From a bacterium (GTDB taxonomy: Bacteria; Patescibacteriota; Minisyncoccia; Moranbacterales; UBA2206), in contig JAJYGF010000004.1 of assembly GCA_021785125.1 (NCBI GenBank), positions 67,124 to 131,123 on the forward strand: a stretch of DNA of 64,000 nt, read 5' to 3'. Below the pieces are notes generated by a model. The model was given only the letters and a program-made list of their open reading frames with translations, searched no databases and was not told the origin of the DNA. Below are positions 36,537-45,721 of the stretch, in pieces; position 1 is the stretch's first letter; every line of letters begins with the position of its first letter. The position numbers were made by a program, and so were the translations under genes.

Positions 36537-39500
36537 TCAGAGATCCGTTACCCGTTCCACTTCCTCAATCGTTGTTTCGCCTTCGATGACTTTCAGGATG
36601 CCGTCTTGCGCCATCGTGATCATGCCATTTTCGACAGCCTTGGCTTGCAGTTCCGAAGTGATGGCGCCTTGCATGATGAGCGCCTGGATGTCTTTGTCGA
36701 TCACGAACACTTCGCTCACTGTCGTTCGGCCCTTGTAGCCGATGCTGTTGCATTTTTTACAACCCTTCGGTTTGAAAATTTCCCCGATCGGAGGAATTTC
36801 CACGCCGGCTTTCGGCGAAATTGTTTTCAAGGCAGATTCGATCTTATTTTTTTCTTCCTCAGTCAACTCAGCCTTTTTTTTGCAAGAACATAATTTGCGC
36901 ACGAGGCGTTGCGCCATGAACGCGTTCACGCTCGATGCGATGTCGGAAGGGGACACGCCCATGTTGAGCATTCTTTGCACGGCGCCGGCCGCATTGTTAG
37001 TGTGGATGGTGGAAAGTACGAGGTGTCCGGTGAGGGCGGCTTGTACCGCGATTTGCGCCGTTTCATTGTCACGGATCTCACCGATCATCATGATGTCCGG
37101 ATTTTGGCGGAGCAGGGCACGAAGCGCGGTGGAAAAAGTGTATCCTTCTTTGTCATTGACCGGCGTCTGCAGGATTCCCTCGATCTGATATTCGATTGGA
37201 TCTTCCACGGTGATGATCTTCACTTCCGGTTTGTTGAGGACATTCAGGATACTATAAAGCGTCGTGGTTTTTCCACTGCCGGTTGGGCCGGTGTTCAAAA
37301 ACACGCCGTTCGGTTTGGAAATCATCTCAATAATCTTGTTCTTGTTCTGTTCACGGATGCCGATCTTGTTGATGTCCAATTCCTGGGTAGCTTTCGAAAG
37401 AAGGCGCATGACGACCGTTTCGCCGTATCCGCCGAGGATTATGGATACGCGCACATCGACCGATCTTTCGCGGACATCCTGGATATCTTCGCTGAATTTT
37501 ATGGAGAAGCGGCTATCGATGACGCCTTCGCGCACTTCTGTCTTTACGCCGGAAAGTAATTTTATTTCACCTAGCAGGTTTGGATATTCATTGAGCGGAA
37601 TGGCGATGATGGTTTGCAAAATGCCGTCGATGCGGAACCTGATTTTGACGTCGTTGGCTCCCGGTTCGATGTGAATGTCGCCGACGCTCAAAAGAGAAGC
37701 GGCGGAAAATATGATTTTATTGATCTCGGTTGTTTTGGAGGAATTGACTACTGCCTGCAGTTTGGTAAAATCGGACAAATTTTCCCTGGCTTTTTCATAA
37801 TTTTCCGGATCGACCAGAATGCCCTTACCCAAAGTCTGCGACATCAGTTTTTCATAGATCGTTTCCAAGAAATCTCCTTCGCCGGTCACGCGTTTCACCT
37901 CATCGATCGAAGTGATGCCTTTGACGGCCTTCAAGACTCCGTCCTGGAGCATGGTGATCATGCCGGCTTCCAAAGCGGCCATGGTCAATTCCGTTTCGCC
38001 GGCCAGGTTTAAGATCAATTTTTCAATCTCTTCATTGATTGTCAAAACCTCAAAGATTCCGATGCGGCCCTTGTAGCCGAGATTGTTGCATTTCGGACAG
38101 CCTTTCGGACGATAGAGCTTGTCGATCTCTTTCGGCACGTCCAACTTGGCCTTCGGGGAAATGATGGATAATATTTTTTTAATGGAATCGATCGATTCTT
38201 TGGCAGGCACATATTCTTCTTTGCAATCGCAGAGCTTTCTGACCAAGCGCTGGCCGATCAATGCGTTCGTGGAGGGTGCGATCAAGGACGGCTTGATGCC
38301 CATTTCAAGAAGACGCGGAATGGTGCCGACTGCGCTGTTGGTGTGGATGGTAGAAAGAACCAGGTGTCCGGTCAGAGCGGAATTGACGGCGATGTCAGCC
38401 GTCTCCTCATCTCGGATCTCGCCAACCAGAATGACATCCGGATCTTGGCGTACGATGGCACGCAGACCGGAGGCGAAAGTATAGCCGCGGGATTTTTCGA
38501 TCTGCGTCTGCGAGATGCCTTTGACTTCATATTCGATCGGGTCTTCGATCGTGATGATCTTGGTCTCCGGATCATTCAATTTGTTGATAATGGCGTAAAG
38601 CGTCGTGGTTTTTCCACTGCCGGTCGGACCGGTTGTCAGAATCATGCCGTTTGGAGCCTGGATCTGTTTTTGTATCTCTTCATAAGCCAATCCCTGAAGT
38701 CCCAGATTTTCCACGCCGACCTGGATGGAATCAGGATCCAGAAGTCGCATGACGACACTCTCGCCATAGTTGCCCGGAATGACCGAGACGCGGATGGCGA
38801 TTTTTTTTTCTTCAATATTGACTTCGAAAGTTCCGTCCTGGGCGATGTCGCGCAGATTGAGCTTCATGTCCGACATCATTTTGATCCTGGTGACGACCGT
38901 CTTGAAAACGTTGAGCGGCAGGAAGGCGACGTCATGCAGGACGCCATCGATGCGATAGCGCAGGCGGAACTCTTTTTCTTGCGGTTCGATATGCACGTCG
39001 CTGGCGCCGAGTTTGTAGGCGCCGCCCATGATGACGTTCAAGACTTGCGTGGTCGGCAATTCGTTGATGCGCTGTTTCAGGGTGACGAGATCCTTCAGAT
39101 ATTGGTCAAATTTCTTCAGATCCTCGCCGGTCAAATTGACGTCCAACTGGCTCAAAATGTCCGTAAAGACGATTTTTTTATAGCGTTCTTGGATCTTGGC
39201 CATGTTGTATTGAGAGACGACAAAAATTTTGGCGTCCCAGCCGTTGGCCGTCTTAAGCATCTCGACATAATCCGCCGTTTCGGCCGCGGTCGGATCGGTC
39301 GAGACGAAAGTGATTTTTTTGCCGGTCTTCTGGATGCAGGCCAGATTGAATTTGTGAGAATCTTCCTCGCTCAAAACTTTAATGCTGTCGTTTGAGATAG
39401 GAATTAAATTTGTGTCGACATAAGGCAGGCCGATGGCGGCCGCAAATGCGGAAGCCTGTTCTTCTTCGGATTGATGGCGCAGTTTGGTCAAGACTTTTTT

Positions 39501-39560
39501 GGTTTCTTTTTCTTTTTGCGTCTCTTCGGTTTGCGCTTGGTTTTGAATTATTTTAGGCAT
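36537..39560 (-). CDS. Tandem-fused double GspE/PilB-type secretion ATPase (two complete ATPase cores in one 1007-aa polypeptide)
   Basis: Half 1: T2SSE_N-like N-domain, Walker A TGPTGSGKTTT, Asp box DPDVILVGEIRD, His box LTGHLVLSTIHTN and a tetra-Cys Zn site (CDCK...CPKC). Half 2: TGPTGSGKTTT, NPDIMMIGEIRD, LTGHLVLSTIHTN and CSCK...CKKC. Confidence 0.85.
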   Translation of the reverse strand: MPKIIQNQAQTEETQKEKETKKVLTKLRHQSEEEQASAFAAAIGLPYVDTNLIPISNDSIKVLSEEDSHKFNLACIQKTGKKITFVSTDPTAAETADYVEMLKTANGWDAKIFVVSQYNMAKIQERYKKIVFTDILSQLDVNLTGEDLKKFDQYLKDLVTLKQRINELPTTQVLNVIMGGAYKLGASDVHIEPQEKEFRLRYRIDGVLHDVAFLPLNVFKTVVTRIKMMSDMKLNLRDIAQDGTFEVNIEEKKIAIRVSVIPGNYGESVVMRLLDPDSIQVGVENLGLQGLAYEEIQKQIQAPNGMILTTGPTGSGKTTTLYAIINKLNDPETKIITIEDPIEYEVKGISQTQIEKSRGYTFASGLRAIVRQDPDVILVGEIRDEETADIAVNSALTGHLVLSTIHTNSAVGTIPRLLEMGIKPSLIAPSTNALIGQRLVRKLCDCKEEYVPAKESIDSIKKILSIISPKAKLDVPKEIDKLYRPKGCPKCNNLGYKGRIGIFEVLTINEEIEKLILNLAGETELTMAALEAGMITMLQDGVLKAVKGITSIDEVKRVTGEGDFLETIYEKLMSQTLGKGILVDPENYEKARENLSDFTKLQAVVNSSKTTEINKIIFSAASLLSVGDIHIEPGANDVKIRFRIDGILQTIIAIPLNEYPNLLGEIKLLSGVKTEVREGVIDSRFSIKFSEDIQDVRERSVDVRVSIILGGYGETVVMRLLSKATQELDINKIGIREQNKNKIIEMISKPNGVFLNTGPTGSGKTTTLYSILNVLNKPEVKIITVEDPIEYQIEGILQTPVNDKEGYTFSTALRALLRQNPDIMMIGEIRDNETAQIAVQAALTGHLVLSTIHTNNAAGAVQRMLNMGVSPSDIASSVNAFMAQRLVRKLCSCKKKAELTEEEKNKIESALKTISPKAGVEIPPIGEIFKPKGCKKCNSIGYKGRTTVSEVFVIDKDIQALIMQGAITSELQAKAVENGMITMAQDGILKVIEGETTIEEVERVTDL

Positions 39561-39644
39561 AATGCTTTTTGTTTTTCTGTGTCTATTTTACTTTATTTTG
39601 GCAAATAAAAAAAGCCATCATCGACGGCTTTCATATTTTCAAGT

Positions 39645-40775
39645 CTATGCTCCCACCTCTTTTATTTTTTTAGAAACTATTTCGGCGGCTTCTTTCAGGT
39701 TTCCGACGGGCAAGCGTATTTCCAAAAGATCTTTTTTGAGCGCGCCGTCCAGAAACAAATGGGTTCTTTTCAACGACGCGAGATCGACCGACTCAATAAG
39801 GGCTATGGAAGAATCCGGAGTGTCGTTATACAGAGCGATAAATATTTTTCCTTCGCTGTAATTTTCCCGCAACTTTTCCAAAATCACGGTCAGATCTTCC
39901 GGGGTCGAGCGGCTTTGCACGAAATCTTCCACGGATAGTTCTGTCCAGACGGTTTTGGATTGCTCGTCCCAATTTAGGTTGGCCATGGCACGGCCCCATA
40001 ATTTCAAGATGTGGAGCGGCTGGGTCTTGTATAGCCAGCGCACGATTGATTGCTGATCGGCACCTTTGTCCATGAGTGTTGCGGCAGCCAAGAGCGCTTT
40101 CGGCGTCGTGTTTTTTTTCTGGAAGCTGTCAGTGGCGCTGATGAGTCCGGTTAGAAGGCAATCAGCGACGATTTTGTCAACCGCGCCATAATCGATCGAA
40201 TCCAGAGTCGCGCTTAAAATTTCACTGCAAGAAGAAGCGGTGATGTCCACCAGATTGATCTGGCCAAAATTATCATTGTCGCTCCGATGGTCAATATTTA
40301 CGATCGGCACTTCAAAAAAAAGATCCGGATTTTTGTCATATAGCCGGCCTAGTTTTTCCAAGTCCGGGCTGTCAATCACAACAATCAAGTCATATTTAAA
40401 CTTAGCCAGGATAAAAGAAAAATCGCGCGGATCAATAGCGCCCTTTTCCGGCGTCAGGTAGATATTGTATTTTCCATCGCCCTCTTCCGTTTTGATGCCG
40501 GTGATTTTGTTGTAAGTCGTATTGAATGACAGGACAAAGTCGCGCGCGCCGGAAATTTCATTCAAAATTCTTTCCGGCTTCGGCAAAAAATCATATTTTT
40601 GAAAGAGATGATTGGAGAAGGCGATGGTAGGGCGGACACCTTTTTTTTCTAGAAAAAAATAAAGCGCCCAAGCACTGCCAATCGCGTCGCCGCTGGGATT
40701 TTCCGGAATGAGAATGAGAATCTCTTTGGATTTTTCCAAAAAATTCTTGAATTGTTCCCGAGGCTCCAAAGTCAT
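39645..40775 (-). CDS. DHH-family phosphoesterase (NrnA/RecJ-like)
   Basis: DAIGSAWALYFFL (motif I-II region) and VPIVNIDHRSDNDNFG (the DHH-type motif is DHR here); length fits. Confidence 0.65.
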   Translation of the reverse strand: MTLEPREQFKNFLEKSKEILILIPENPSGDAIGSAWALYFFLEKKGVRPTIAFSNHLFQKYDFLPKPERILNEISGARDFVLSFNTTYNKITGIKTEEGDGKYNIYLTPEKGAIDPRDFSFILAKFKYDLIVVIDSPDLEKLGRLYDKNPDLFFEVPIVNIDHRSDNDNFGQINLVDITASSCSEILSATLDSIDYGAVDKIVADCLLTGLISATDSFQKKNTTPKALLAAATLMDKGADQQSIVRWLYKTQPLHILKLWGRAMANLNWDEQSKTVWTELSVEDFVQSRSTPEDLTVILEKLRENYSEGKIFIALYNDTPDSSIALIESVDLASLKRTHLFLDGALKKDLLEIRLPVGNLKEAAEIVSKKIKEVGA

Positions 40776-40887
40776 AAATTCAAATGAAGAGTTAAGATAG
40801 TATTACAAGATAGCAGGCAGGAAAGTTTATGTCAATTTCCCCCTGTATTTATTGACTTTTTTGGTCATTTGAGGTCTAATAGAAAAT

Positions 40888-41358
40888 ATGAAAAAAGAAA
40901 TAATTACAAACAATTTCCAGGAAACCCAAAGGTTGGGGACGGAGCTGGCGCACAAGTTGCAGGGCGGAGAAGTTATCTGTTTGGAGGGCGATCTGGGCAG
41001 CGGTAAAACCACTTTCACCCAAGGCTTATTGGCCGGCTTAGGCGTGGAAGGGCCGTATACCAGTCCTACCTTTCTTATAATGAAGCATTATAAGAAAGAA
41101 TTTCCAATTTCCAATTTCCAATTTCCAAATAAATCTCAAAAAGCAAATTCTCAAATCCAAAATATATATCATGTGGATGCGTATCGCATCGGCCCAGACG
41201 ATCTTTTAAATTTAGGCTGGGAAGAAATCATTGCTGACAAAAAGAATGTCGTAATCGTGGAATGGGCGGAACGGATAAAAGACATCCTGCCGGAAGATTG
41301 TTTGAAAATAAAATTTGAATGGATGGATGAAAAGCGGAGAAAAATTATTTTTGAATAA
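40888..41358 (+). CDS. tsaE: tRNA threonylcarbamoyladenosine biosynthesis protein TsaE, with an in-frame repeat-encoded insertion
   Basis: EVICLEGDLGSGKTTFTQGL...SPTFLIMKHY...HVDAYRI. The (AATTTCC)4 heptamer array at 41099-41126 encodes the extra FPISNFQFPN. Confidence 0.85.
   Translation: MKKEIITNNFQETQRLGTELAHKLQGGEVICLEGDLGSGKTTFTQGLLAGLGVEGPYTSPTFLIMKHYKKEFPISNFQFPNKSQKANSQIQNIYHVDAYRIGPDDLLNLGWEEIIADKKNVVIVEWAERIKDILPEDCLKIKFEWMDEKRRKIIFE
41099..41126 (+). repeat. Perfect (AATTTCC)x4 heptanucleotide tandem repeat inside tsaE
   Basis: aatttccaatttccaatttccaatttcc. A degenerate version of the same array lies inside ORF 54963-55400 at ~55217-55245. Confidence 0.8.
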
Positions 41359-41419
41359 ATCGTCAAATAGGCGATTTTTTCAGTTTGTATTATATTTCGT
41401 GAAAATATATACTTGAGAT

Positions 41420-44155
41420 ATGAATAAAAAAGCCAAGAAATTAGTTCTGATCGACGGCAATGCCATCGTTCATCGGGCGTATCATGCGCTGCCGCCGCTC
41501 ACCAACAAAAAGGGCGAGCTGTTGAATGCGGCCTATGGATTCACGACGATCCTGCTCAAAGTTTTGTCCGACATCCAGCCTGATTATATTCTGGCGACTT
41601 TTGATCTGGCCGGCAAGACCTTCCGTCACCATGAATATGAGCAGTATAAAGCGACCAGAGTCAAAGCGCCGGACGAACTGTATGTTCAATTCGACCGCGT
41701 CAAAGAAATCGTGCGCGCTTTCAATATTCCAATTTTTGAAAAAGAAGGGTTTGAAGCGGATGATATGATCGGAACCTTGTCATTTCAGGCTGAGGAAATC
41801 AAAGATTTGGAAACAATCATTGTGACCGGAGATTTGGATACCTTGCAATTGGTCACGCCGAAAACCAAAGTCTATGCCTTGCGAAGAGGGATGAGTGACA
41901 TCACGATTTATGATGAGAAAGCAGTCATGGAAAGATATGGATTCACGCCGGACAAGATGATCGATTTCAAAGGTCTTTGTGGCGACCAATCGGACAACAT
42001 TCCGGGCGTGAAAGGTATCGGTGAAAAAGGCGCCATCAATTTGATCAAAGAATTCGGAACGGTTGAAGATATCTATAAATCGATCGATAAGATAAAAGGG
42101 GCAACGCATGACAAGCTGGAGCGCGACAAGATGAACGCGCTTATGAGCAAGAAATTGGCGACGATCGTGCGCGACGTGCCGGTGAAATTGGAAATAGAAA
42201 AAAGTGCGGCGCATGATTTTGACCGGAAAAAAGTCACGGATCTTTTCCAAGAGTTGAGTTTTTTCAGTCTGATCAAAAGGATTCCGGCGCAGGAAGGACT
42301 CAAAGGTTCAACCTTTGATATTCCTGAAGATGCTTCAAGGTTGAACCTTGGAGAATCTGGTGGCGTCAAGGATTTCAAGTTTGAAACAGTTTCCGAAAAA
42401 ACCCTGCGAAAATTCCTGGAAGACAAAAATGAAGTAGCTATTTATATTCGTGCTATCGATGAAGATATTCGCGGCATCGCGATCGCGTACAAAACCGGAC
42501 GCGCCGGATACATTGAATGGAATGATGCGACCAAAAAAGAATTGCAAAATTTTCTAGAAAATAAAAAAAGCAAAAAGATCGGCTATGATTTAAAGAATGA
42601 TCTGGAAATTTTAGCGACAAATAAGATCTTGCTTGCCGGCTTGGATTTCGATGTGATGCTTGGCGCATACGTGGCTAATCCGGGCGTGAATATCGAGCTT
42701 AGAACTTTGGTTCTGGAAGAATTCGGCGAGGAATTGGAGGAAAATAAAAAAGGTCAACTGGGTTTGGGCTTGGAATCGCCGGAAAGCGTGATGCTTGCGG
42801 CTTGCCGCAAAGCGGACTATATCTGGAAATTGAAGAATATATACGCGGAAAAAATCAAAGAAATTACAAATGAACAATCAAAGAGCAAGGAGCTAAGCTC
42901 CTTTAAAGATAAAAGGAGCTTAGCTCCTTCGCTGCGAAATGTTTTTGATAATCTAGAGATGCCATTGGTTGAAATTTTGGCAGGGATGGAAAAAGCCGGC
43001 ATCAAACTCAACACCATAATTTTCGAAGGCATATCCAAAAAGATCGAAAAAAGGATCTCCAACCTGGAAAGAAATATTTACGATCTGGCCGGAACGGAAT
43101 TTAATATCAATTCGCCGAGGCAATTGGCGGATGTTCTTTTCATAAACTTAAAACTTCCGACGGTGGATATCAAAAAACTCAAAACCGGATATTCCACGGC
43201 GGCCGGCGAATTGGCAAAATTGCGGGGCGAGCATAAAATTATCGAGAAAATCGAGGAATATCGCGAAATTTTCAAGTTGAAAACAACTTACCTGGACACT
43301 CTTCCGACCTTGGTTGATGAGGATTCGCGTATCCATACCAAATTTAATCAGGCGGTGACGGCGACCGGCAGACTGTCTTCTTCGGAACCAAATCTGCAAA
43401 ATATTCCGATCCGCACCGATGTCGGACAGTTGTTGCGCACCGCTTTCGAGGCGGAGGATGGATACAGTCTAGTTGGCGCAGATTATTCACAGATCGATCT
43501 GCGCGCTGTGGCGCATGTCAGCCGTGATAAAAATATGATTGAAGCTTTCCAAAAAGGCGAGGATATCCATCGTGCCACGGCGGCTTTGATAAATAAAGTT
43601 ACACCGTCGCAAGTGACGGAGAAGATGCGCGGATATGCGAAGGCTTTGAATTTCGGCATTATTTATGGCATGAGCGTGTTTGGATTGTCGTCGCGCACCG
43701 GTTTGGACCGCGACGAGGCCAAGAAGTTCATCGATGCATATTTCGAGAAATTTTCGGGTGTGGCGGAGTATATGAAAAATACCCGGGATTTTGTTAAGCA
43801 AAATAAATATGTCGAGACGGAATTCGGTCGCCGGCGTTATATCCCGGAAATCAATTCGCCGAATTTCCAGGTGCAAAATGCGGCGGAGCGGATGGCGATC
43901 AACATGCCGATCCAAGGTTTGTCCGCGGACATCGTGAAGCTGGCCATGATTGACGCACAAAAACTGATCGACAAAGATTATAAAGATTCAGCCAAGATGG
44001 TTTTGCAGGTGCATGACGAACTGATTTTTGAAGTAAAAGAAGATGTTTGCGAACAATTCGCGCTAGATGTGAAAGATGTGATGGAAAATGTGTATAAATT
44101 ACGCGTTCCTTTAGTTGTTGATGTAAAAATCGGCGACAACTGGGGTGAAATATAA
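41420..44155 (+). CDS. polA: DNA polymerase I (5'-3' exonuclease plus polymerase; the 3'-5' exo motifs appear degenerate)
   Basis: N-terminus LVLIDGNAIVHRAYHA (FEN/5' nuclease). Motif A region DYSQIDLRAV, motif B RGYAKALNFGIIYGMS, motif C QVHDELIFEV. Confidence 0.9.
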   Translation: MNKKAKKLVLIDGNAIVHRAYHALPPLTNKKGELLNAAYGFTTILLKVLSDIQPDYILATFDLAGKTFRHHEYEQYKATRVKAPDELYVQFDRVKEIVRAFNIPIFEKEGFEADDMIGTLSFQAEEIKDLETIIVTGDLDTLQLVTPKTKVYALRRGMSDITIYDEKAVMERYGFTPDKMIDFKGLCGDQSDNIPGVKGIGEKGAINLIKEFGTVEDIYKSIDKIKGATHDKLERDKMNALMSKKLATIVRDVPVKLEIEKSAAHDFDRKKVTDLFQELSFFSLIKRIPAQEGLKGSTFDIPEDASRLNLGESGGVKDFKFETVSEKTLRKFLEDKNEVAIYIRAIDEDIRGIAIAYKTGRAGYIEWNDATKKELQNFLENKKSKKIGYDLKNDLEILATNKILLAGLDFDVMLGAYVANPGVNIELRTLVLEEFGEELEENKKGQLGLGLESPESVMLAACRKADYIWKLKNIYAEKIKEITNEQSKSKELSSFKDKRSLAPSLRNVFDNLEMPLVEILAGMEKAGIKLNTIIFEGISKKIEKRISNLERNIYDLAGTEFNINSPRQLADVLFINLKLPTVDIKKLKTGYSTAAGELAKLRGEHKIIEKIEEYREIFKLKTTYLDTLPTLVDEDSRIHTKFNQAVTATGRLSSSEPNLQNIPIRTDVGQLLRTAFEAEDGYSLVGADYSQIDLRAVAHVSRDKNMIEAFQKGEDIHRATAALINKVTPSQVTEKMRGYAKALNFGIIYGMSVFGLSSRTGLDRDEAKKFIDAYFEKFSGVAEYMKNTRDFVKQNKYVETEFGRRRYIPEINSPNFQVQNAAERMAINMPIQGLSADIVKLAMIDAQKLIDKDYKDSAKMVLQVHDELIFEVKEDVCEQFALDVKDVMENVYKLRVPLVVDVKIGDNWGEI

Positions 44156-44489
44156 TATGAAAAATAAAATTAAAAAAATTTTTCTCAACTTAATTCCGAT
44201 ACTTCTAATGATCGGATTGATTCCAATAGTTTCGAGCGATTATATTTTAACGTTAGTTTATATTGCCATAATTGCGATTGCTTTCTTCATAAGATATGAA
44301 AAGCGCGAATATGTCTTTCTGACCTTCGGATTTTTCGGGATGATAATTTCCGAGTATATCTTTACGAGCACCAAGGTCGAAACCTTCGATCGCAACAGTC
44401 TTTTCGGTCTGATGCCGCTCTGGCTGCCGTTTTTGTGGGCATATTCTTTCGTGGCGATGAAACGGGCGATAAAGATTCTTGAAGTATGA
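44145..44489 (+). CDS. Small polytopic membrane protein (hypothetical)
   Basis: 3-4 TM helices. Overlaps the polA stop; the true start may be the second ATG. Confidence 0.4.
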   Translation: MKYNMKNKIKKIFLNLIPILLMIGLIPIVSSDYILTLVYIAIIAIAFFIRYEKREYVFLTFGFFGMIISEYIFTSTKVETFDRNSLFGLMPLWLPFLWAYSFVAMKRAIKILEV

Positions 44490-44493
44490 TAAA

Positions 44494-44560
44494 AGCTTCG
44501 CGTAACACGCGGGGCTTTTTTCTTTTAAGCGCTGGCTAAAATAGCAGCGCTTTTTTATTT
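44494..44560 (+). terminator. Two consecutive hairpin terminators; the second (AGCGCTGGCTAAAATAGCAGCGCTTTTTT) is duplicated at 45618
   Basis: aaagcttcgcgtaacacgcggggctttttt followed by agcgctggctaaaatagcagcgcttttttattttt. Confidence 0.6.
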
Positions 44561-44610
44561 TTCAAAAAGTGTTATTTTATGACGGCCGTCTGAATATGAT
44601 AAAAATCCAA

Positions 44611-44646
44611 TTAGTCAAAATATTGCATATGCAAAAATCTGACTAA
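44611..44646. repeat. 36 bp nested palindrome, copy 3 (upstream of the GHKL/STAS operon)
   Basis: ttagtcaaAATATtgcatatgcaaAAATCtgactaa. Confidence 0.65.
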
Positions 44647-44736
44647 TAACCAGAGAGTTTTCTTTATAAAGCCTATATATTTTGACGAAGAAAGTGTTTT
44701 GCGATAGAGTTATATAAGAAAAATAATGCGATTACT

Positions 44737-45312
44737 ATGTCAGTTGATTTGGAAAAATTAGCCTTTGAATGGATGTCTGCCAATCCCGAAGAAGCTCAGA
44801 AAGAAAGCGAGTATTATTGCCCGACACGGGATATTTTTCAGGCGCGGTTGGAGAAAATGACGCGCAATTTATTGCGAGAAAATATTGTTCCGGAGGAAGA
44901 TGTATACATATTGTCGGCTATGGCAGGAGAAATCGGCAACAATTCATTTGATCACAATCTTGGAAAATGGCCGGATGTGATCGGAATTTTTTTTGGATAT
45001 GAAATATTGGGCGGTAAAATAAAATCCATCCTGGCTGATCGCGGGCAAGGAATTTTGGCAACATTGAAAAAAGTAAAGCCGGAGCTTGATCGGGAAAGTG
45101 AGGCGATAAAAACAGCTTTTTTGGAAAAAATATCCGGCAGGGCGCCGGAAAACAGAGGCAACGGACTTAAGTTCGTAAAAGAAAATATCGAAGCGAAAAA
45201 GATGCATTTGACCTTTATTTCCGGCAATGCCAAGATGGAATTGAACGACAGAATGGAAATTTTGGAAATTGAAAATAAAGTTCAAGGGTGCTTGGCGATA
45301 TTAAGTTTTTAA
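44737..45312 (+). CDS. GHKL-superfamily (HATPase_c) ATPase/kinase-like protein, RsbW/SpoIIAB-like
   Basis: N box EIGNNSFDHN, G1 box DRGQG, G2 box GNGLKF. No sensor or DHp domains. Confidence 0.6.
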   Translation: MSVDLEKLAFEWMSANPEEAQKESEYYCPTRDIFQARLEKMTRNLLRENIVPEEDVYILSAMAGEIGNNSFDHNLGKWPDVIGIFFGYEILGGKIKSILADRGQGILATLKKVKPELDRESEAIKTAFLEKISGRAPENRGNGLKFVKENIEAKKMHLTFISGNAKMELNDRMEILEIENKVQGCLAILSF

Positions 45313-45316
45313 GCGT

Positions 45317-45598
45317 ATGCGCATCGAACTGAAAAAATTTGGAGAAATTCTGATTTCTCGTCCGGCCGGAAGAGAAGCGTATTTAGCCATGTCGGCTTAT
45401 GTGACAAAAGATTTGGATGAAAACGAACCGATCGAGGTCGATTTTTCCGGTGTAAAAGTTCTGACTCCTTCATGGGCTGATGAAGTAATTGTTCCGCTTG
45501 CCCGAAAATTCAAAAATGTAAAGCTTGTTAATGCGGAAAATGCAACTGTTCAGGCGACGCTCAAAACTTTGCGGGAATATTCTGATTTGAAGATTTAA
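45317..45598 (+). CDS. STAS-like (DUF4325-type) small protein, putative partner of the GHKL ATPase
   Basis: 93 aa. MRIELKKFGEILISRPAGREAYLAM...IEVDFSGVKVLTPSWADEVIV matches the STAS/DUF4325 pattern. Starts 4 nt after the ATPase stop. Confidence 0.5.
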   Translation: MRIELKKFGEILISRPAGREAYLAMSAYVTKDLDENEPIEVDFSGVKVLTPSWADEVIVPLARKFKNVKLVNAENATVQATLKTLREYSDLKI

Positions 45599-45617
45599 AC
45601 TTTTTTCGTACGAAAAT

Positions 45618-45650
45618 CGCTGGCTAAAATACCAGCGCTTTTTATTTTTT
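45618..45650 (+). terminator. Hairpin terminator, near-identical to 44528-44560
   Basis: tcgctggctaaaataccagcgctttttatttttt. Confidence 0.6.
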
Positions 45651-45721
45651 CAAAAAATGCTAGAATAGCTTCACTAGCTTTTTAGCTGCATTAGCTTTTT
45701 AGCCTTAAAACAAAGTAAAAA

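Noticed and set aside
38343-39395. 350-aa ORF on the plus strand (plus several 100-200 aa ORFs, e.g. 35488-36030 and 37614-38012) antisense to the GspE and RuvB genes
   Set aside because: They lie entirely inside, and antisense to, genes with unmistakable conserved motifs. Their products are low-complexity Arg/Gly/Asp-rich with no motifs. Long antisense ORFs are an expected by-product of strongly conserved codon patterns.
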